Assembly (NCBI GenBank): GCA_963845145.1
Contig: CAWJQU010000006.1
Location: forward strand, 39,386 to 103,385
Reading direction: 5' to 3'
Source: an uncultured delta proteobacterium
Lineage (GTDB): Bacteria; Desulfobacterota; Desulfobacteria; Desulfobacterales; QNYZ01
DNA length: 64,000 nt
In this document: piece by piece, positions 58,956 through 64,000 of the stretch
How positions within the stretch are numbered: position 1 is the first letter of the stretch
How the letters are laid out: each line of letters opens with the position of its first letter
Translations under genes and position numbers: made by a program
The notes under the pieces: generated by a model
Told to the model about the DNA's origin: nothing
What the model saw: only the letters and a program-made list of their open reading frames with translations
Databases searched by the model: none

Positions 58956-61781
58956 ATGATAAAAGAAATACAAAAAAAGGCCGACTCAAGCGCGCTGTCG
59001 CAGATGGCGTTGAGAGTTTTCAAGGAAGCCCTTGACAATGCCACGGATGCCATCGGCATGTCGACGCCGCAAGGCCGTCATTACTATCAAAACAAATCGT
59101 TCACAGATTTGTTCGGTATCATCGGGGAGAACCCTCCTGCGACCTTGTATTGTGATGAGAAAGTGGGCAAAGAAGTCTTCCGGACTATCATGGACGGCGG
59201 AACGTGGACCGGCGAAGTGGCAATGTATGCCAGGGACCGGCGCATTCTGAGTATTCTGTTGAGAGCCTACGCAATTAAGGACGAACAGGGGAGCTTCATT
59301 GGTCTCGTTGGTATTCATACCGATATCTCTGAGCGCAGATGTGCGGAGGACGCTTTAAAATTTTCGGAGGCAACTTATCGCGAGATATTCAACACAGTTA
59401 ACGACACCATCTGGATCCACGATGTTGATACCTTTAAGTTCATCGACGTTAACAGTAAGGTTACGGAGATGTTTGGCTACTCGGTCAGGGAAGCGCTGGG
59501 TTTGAGTGTGGAAGATATTAGCTCGGGTGTTCCTCCCTTTACACCTGAAACAGCGGTTACGCTTCTAAGAAAGGCGGCGGCGGGCGAACCCCAGCTTTTC
59601 GAGTGGCACACCCGCCACAAGGATGGTCATCTTTTCTGGACCGAAGTCAGCCTCAAACGGGGAACTGTCGCCGGTAGAGCCTGCCTTCTCGCCATTGAAC
59701 GTGACATCACGAAACGTAAAAGGGCTGAGGAGGCGCTGGCTGAAAAATCGAATTTTCAACGGGTGCTCGGTGAAATCTCAAATGAGTTTATTAATACTCC
59801 TTCTTCGGGAATTGACGAAGGAATAAATCGAACTTTAAAGATGGCCGGACTATTCGCGGAAGCAGACCGAAGTTATGTCATCATGTTTGATTTTATAGCA
59901 AGGAAGATTAGAAATACCCATGAATGGTGCAGGGAAAACATTGAACCCCAAATCGATAACTTGCAAAACGTTCCAATTGAGATGTTTAGCTGGGTTATCG
60001 ACCAACTGGATGGCCTAAAAGTTGTACATATTCCACAAGTGGCTAATTTACCGCGCGAAGCCAAAAAAGCCAAAGAAGAGCTCGAAGCAGAAGACATTCA
60101 ATCTTTACTTTTAGTACCATTAGTTTCAGAATCAAAATGTGTTGGAACCGTTGGTTTTGATTTCGTTAGTCAAGCGAAACATTGCAGTGTCAATGAAATC
60201 AGACTTTTAAAAATGGCAGGAACCACAATATCCAATGCCTTAGACCGCAGACAAGCCGAAAAAGCACTACTGGAAAGTGAGGAGCGCTATCGCTCTCTAG
60301 TTGAAAATACCTTGGATGGATATTTTATCGCCGAAATTCCTTCAGGCCAGTTCAGCTTTCTTAACCGGAGGATCTGTGATCTTTTTGGTTATTCCATTCA
60401 GGAAGGGTTGAGTCTAACACTTTGGGATATCACCGATCTGAACGAACACAAGATTATCAAGGAACGTATCCAGGCGCGTTTAGAGGATCAAAAGCCGGAC
60501 AATACCTCCAATATTTATAACACTGTCCGAAAAGATGGCTCTACATTCAGGGCAGAAGTGTCTTACTCACTTGTTACTTATCATGGCATTCCGGCAGTGC
60601 AAGGCACTTTGAGAGATGTCACCGAAAAGGAAAAGCTTCTGCATCAGTTATATCAGGCCCAGAAAATGGAGTCCGTGGGACGTTTGGCCGGAGGAGTAGC
60701 CCACGATTTCAACAACATGTTGAGTGTAATTATCGGTCATGCGGAACTGGTCATGGAGGATACCGATCCATCTTCACCAATGTATGATGATCTTAATGAG
60801 ATCTACAAGGCGTCTCACCGTTCATCAGAACTTACGCGCCAACTATTGGCCTTTGCGCGTAAGCAAATGGCGGTTCCAAAGGTTATTAATGTAAACGATA
60901 GCGTTACTGGGATGCTCAAGATGCTACAAAGGCTTATTGGAGAAGATATCAACTTGTTATGGATCCCAGGTGACAGTCCTTGGCTGGTCAAGATTGACCC
61001 TGCCCAAATTGACCAGATTCTTGCAAATCTGTGTGTAAATGCCCGAGACGCCATTAGTGGAGTGGGTAAAGTCACCATCGAGACTAAGAACATAGTTCTG
61101 GATCAAGCCTTTTGTTCTGAGCATACTGGTTCGATGCCAGGTAATTATGTCTTAATTAAGGTCGTTGACGATGGCTGCGGTATGGACAACTCAACATTGG
61201 AAAACCTGTTTGAACCGTTTTTTACTACAAAGCAAATTGGAGAGGGAACCGGGCTAGGCTTGTCCACGGTCTACGGGATTATAAAACAAAACGACGGGTA
61301 CATTGCCGTTAACAGTCAACCTGGCAAGGGAACAACATTTAAAGTCTACCTTCCACAGACACGCAACAGCTTGGAGATAAAAGGTAAACTGGAATATGGT
61401 ACTATACAAAAGGGCTCCGAGACAGTTTTATTGGTGGAAGATGAAGCGTCTGTTTTACGTTTAGCAAAATCTGTGCTTGAGCGAATTGGATACACAGTAC
61501 TCGAAGCGCGTACACCTGCAGAAGCAATTTCTATCACCGAAAAGTACGAAGGATCGATTCATCTTTTAATCACGGATGTGATTATGCCAGAGATGAACGG
61601 GAAAGAGTTGAAGACGAAAGTAGAGAAACTTAAACCCAATCTAAAGGCCATATTTATGTCCGGCTACACGGCCAATGTAATCATGCATCGGGGCATCCTC
61701 GAAGATGATGTTCATTTTATACCGAAACCATTTTCTGTTAAAGGCTTTTCTGTTAAGGTGAGAGAGGTATTAGATGAGTAG
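58956..61781 (+). CDS. Hybrid PAS/GAF sensor histidine kinase-response regulator
   Basis: Three PAS and one GAF domain, AHDFNNML, NARDA, GTGLGLS, C-terminal receiver (LLVEDE, DVIMP). Confidence 0.95.
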   Translation: MIKEIQKKADSSALSQMALRVFKEALDNATDAIGMSTPQGRHYYQNKSFTDLFGIIGENPPATLYCDEKVGKEVFRTIMDGGTWTGEVAMYARDRRILSILLRAYAIKDEQGSFIGLVGIHTDISERRCAEDALKFSEATYREIFNTVNDTIWIHDVDTFKFIDVNSKVTEMFGYSVREALGLSVEDISSGVPPFTPETAVTLLRKAAAGEPQLFEWHTRHKDGHLFWTEVSLKRGTVAGRACLLAIERDITKRKRAEEALAEKSNFQRVLGEISNEFINTPSSGIDEGINRTLKMAGLFAEADRSYVIMFDFIARKIRNTHEWCRENIEPQIDNLQNVPIEMFSWVIDQLDGLKVVHIPQVANLPREAKKAKEELEAEDIQSLLLVPLVSESKCVGTVGFDFVSQAKHCSVNEIRLLKMAGTTISNALDRRQAEKALLESEERYRSLVENTLDGYFIAEIPSGQFSFLNRRICDLFGYSIQEGLSLTLWDITDLNEHKIIKERIQARLEDQKPDNTSNIYNTVRKDGSTFRAEVSYSLVTYHGIPAVQGTLRDVTEKEKLLHQLYQAQKMESVGRLAGGVAHDFNNMLSVIIGHAELVMEDTDPSSPMYDDLNEIYKASHRSSELTRQLLAFARKQMAVPKVINVNDSVTGMLKMLQRLIGEDINLLWIPGDSPWLVKIDPAQIDQILANLCVNARDAISGVGKVTIETKNIVLDQAFCSEHTGSMPGNYVLIKVVDDGCGMDNSTLENLFEPFFTTKQIGEGTGLGLSTVYGIIKQNDGYIAVNSQPGKGTTFKVYLPQTRNSLEIKGKLEYGTIQKGSETVLLVEDEASVLRLAKSVLERIGYTVLEARTPAEAISITEKYEGSIHLLITDVIMPEMNGKELKTKVEKLKPNLKAIFMSGYTANVIMHRGILEDDVHFIPKPFSVKGFSVKVREVLDE

Positions 61782-62253
61782 TAAATTCCGCTTAACATCT
61801 AAAGATTCTTTATGCTCACCAAACCAGTATACCAAATTGAATAAAAAACACGGGAATAGTTACATTGTGATACCAAATTAGAGTTTTATCGATCGTCCCG
61901 CAACAGGACTATGGGCGGGTATCGGTTTTTCTGTTTAATTGCGAGAGGCATTTAAGAGAAATTTTAACGGTCGGGATGATTGATAAAACAATGATGTACG
62001 AAGGCCGCCGTGAGGAAGTATTGGCATGCTATTTTTATATGGGTATTGTAATCGCGATGCTTTTGATTATTCGGTTGCGAGTTGGCGCTTTGAGGGCTGG
62101 ATAAAAGGCCGATTGGGTTATTATTCATGTGATTATACGTCATAAAGCGATCATTTCGAGTTTATTTTTCGCCACTTTAAAGCACTTCAGTTGAGTCCGG
62201 ACGCAATTCACCTGCGGTTTTCTACCAGAAGATTCAAATACCCAGTAATCCGG

Positions 62254-63426
62254 TTAAGCAGCCGCTAAAGCGATGGGATTGGGCGGTCGTGCCAAAGGTA
62301 TTTCCAGATACAGTTGCATCCGGCCTTTATGGCAGCAGGGACAGACGGTAATATCGATGCCTGTGAGCGCTCGCATCATCTCTTCAACTGACGTGGTTTG
62401 TTTCTCGGGCAACTCGGATAAGCCCATCCGTTGGCGGATGTTATTCAGGTTTGCCGATCGGTTGCGATTAGCTAAGAACCCGTAATGCCGGATTCTGACA
62501 AAACCTCTGGGCAGGCTGTGAAGTAAAAACCGGCGGATGAACTCGACGGCGGTGATCGTTATCTGTTCGGTCCGATTGTCCTTTCGGTTTTTAATCCTGA
62601 AGGTCACATTTCGGTCTTTAAACGCTGTGATACGGCTGTTGGCAATTGCCACCCGGTGGGTATAGCGTGCCAGATATTCCAGGACATGTTCCGGTTTTTT
62701 AACGGGATCACGCACATCGACAATCCATTTTTTTTCGTACAGCCTGGCCTTCAACGGTTTGTATTGATAACTGGCAAACTTTAGATTCCCGCCTTGGCAG
62801 GCCCGGCTCATACGGTCCATAAACTTGCCCCGAAAAACTTTAGCCAACGCCTGCTGGTTAAAAAGATAATTACCCTTGCAGGGCGTCCAGCAGGTACCGT
62901 CTTTGGATATAGCTCCACCGGCCACCAGACAATGGAGATGAAAGTGCGCGTTGAGCTTTTGATCCCAGGTGTGCAAAGTGGCCACAAAACCCAATTTACC
63001 GCCCAGTGTATTTTCACCGAAGGCCAACAATGTTTGAGCGGCGGCCTTAAAAAGGGCATTAAGCATCACACATTTATTAGATAAGATTAAGTAGTTGAGC
63101 TCATGCGGCACGGTAAAGACGACATGGAAGTAACTCGTGGGCAAGATCTCGTCTTTACGTTTTTCAAGCCATCTTTCCCGCGGCATGTGCTGACATCTGG
63201 GGCAATGGCGATTGCGACAGGAGTGATAGGTGATGCGCATCATGCCGCAGCGGTCGCAGCGATCAATATGACCACCCATACGAGCGGTGCGGCAGTTTAG
63301 CAGGTCAGTTACGATTTTACGATGCTCCGGCCACAATGGATAATGATTTTGGTAATCGCCAATATGTTTCTTAAGAATATCGGCGACCTCCCGTCGGTTT
63401 TTTTCAGGTGCTGTGATTTTGTCCAT
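62254..63426 (-). CDS. IS91-family transposase (Zn-binding plus Y2 HUH domain)
   Basis: [30 protein letters not shown] (HUH), YLARY, RIRHYG. Confidence 0.93.
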   Translation of the reverse strand: MDKITAPEKNRREVADILKKHIGDYQNHYPLWPEHRKIVTDLLNCRTARMGGHIDRCDRCGMMRITYHSCRNRHCPRCQHMPRERWLEKRKDEILPTSYFHVVFTVPHELNYLILSNKCVMLNALFKAAAQTLLAFGENTLGGKLGFVATLHTWDQKLNAHFHLHCLVAGGAISKDGTCWTPCKGNYLFNQQALAKVFRGKFMDRMSRACQGGNLKFASYQYKPLKARLYEKKWIVDVRDPVKKPEHVLEYLARYTHRVAIANSRITAFKDRNVTFRIKNRKDNRTEQITITAVEFIRRFLLHSLPRGFVRIRHYGFLANRNRSANLNNIRQRMGLSELPEKQTTSVEEMMRALTGIDITVCPCCHKGRMQLYLEIPLARPPNPIALAAA

Positions 63427-64000
63427 CGATACCGTCCTTTCTATTAGCCGGTTGCATGTCAATAAGATCCAAGGGACTGGGGATTTTTGACAGCGTTTCA
63501 CGGCTGACATGCAAGTAGATCATGGTGGTGGTCAATCTCGAATGGCCCATCAGCACTTGTATTTTTCTGATATCGTATCCAGCCTCCAGAAGATGAGTGG
63601 CCCTCCAAAGGCGGGTAAACTACGCTGTGACGTAACGTGTGAAGCCCTTTGCCGTTTTTAATTCCGGCTTTTTTGCGGGCCTTATCGTAGGTTCCACGCA
63701 CCGTTTCGTATGCTAACGGTTTGATTTTTTTGTGCCTGGATGGGAACAGGTAGGTTTTCGGGCGACATTTTTTATCATAGAAGCGCAACTCATCGAGAAG
63801 CTTTGCTGACAGCATGGTATAGCGATCCTTGCGGCCTTTACCGTCGACTACTTTGATCAACATCCGATTGCTGTCGATATGTTCGTGCTTTAACCTGATT
63901 ACCTCGCCGGCTCTTAGGCCTGCGGCATAGGTGGTCATCAGGATCATTCGGTGTTTCAGATTTGACGGCGCACAGATGATTTTCTCCGCCGGAGGCGGAC
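63408..64000 (-). pseudogene. Tyrosine recombinase of the IS91 module; 5'-truncated and interrupted by a short insertion
   Basis: YAAGLR, GKGRKDR, HTLRHS, then a 22-nt foreign segment, then in another frame [31 protein letters not shown]. 3' end approximate. Confidence 0.8.

Larger units (their letters stand above)
61861..64000 (-). mobile_element. IS91-family (Y2 transposase) plus tyrosine recombinase element; runs off the window
   Basis: Adjacent integrase and IS91-type transposase genes, with a downstream 18-bp imperfect inverted repeat. Left boundary is approximate. Confidence 0.75.

Noticed and set aside
1404..63300. Numerous 60-180 aa ORFs antisense to or overlapping the called genes
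   Set aside because: Shadow ORFs with no motifs or RBS, lying opposite well-supported genes.

Overview
A 64 kb bacterial chromosomal window. Gene content and style suggest an anaerobic Desulfobacterota (Desulfobacterales-like) organism; this is inference. Scattered single-base frameshifts suggest a long-read or MAG consensus. In order, the window holds: (1) a methionine operon (metY, HTH/Cys-rich regulator, metX, metW); (2) a sigma54 two-component system plus archaemetzincin, facing a GcvH-like protein that lacks the lipoyl-lysine; (3) an Lrp-panB-unknown protein-aminotransferase operon; (4) dksA and small sigma54-driven exported proteins; (5) a ~34 kb ion/osmotic-homeostasis island with two different diadenylate cyclases (DacZ-like and a CdaA-YbbR fusion), an internally deleted DHH phosphoesterase, DUF1538x2/P-II, two USPs, rimB-rimK-AstE/AspA, a Pat acetyltransferase, a Ca/Na antiporter, CorC, MgtE, CorA, three MscS channels, cardiolipin synthase, and a heavily frameshifted operon (PLP enzyme, DUF1611, PP-loop-creatininase fusion, enolase-family epimerase); (6) sensor kinases, a Tat-exported aldo/keto reductase and an adenylate cyclase pseudogene; (7) two tyrosine recombinase genes and an IS91-type transposase at the right end. 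No rRNA, tRNA or CRISPR array was seen. All family calls come from motif recognition by eye, not database searches.
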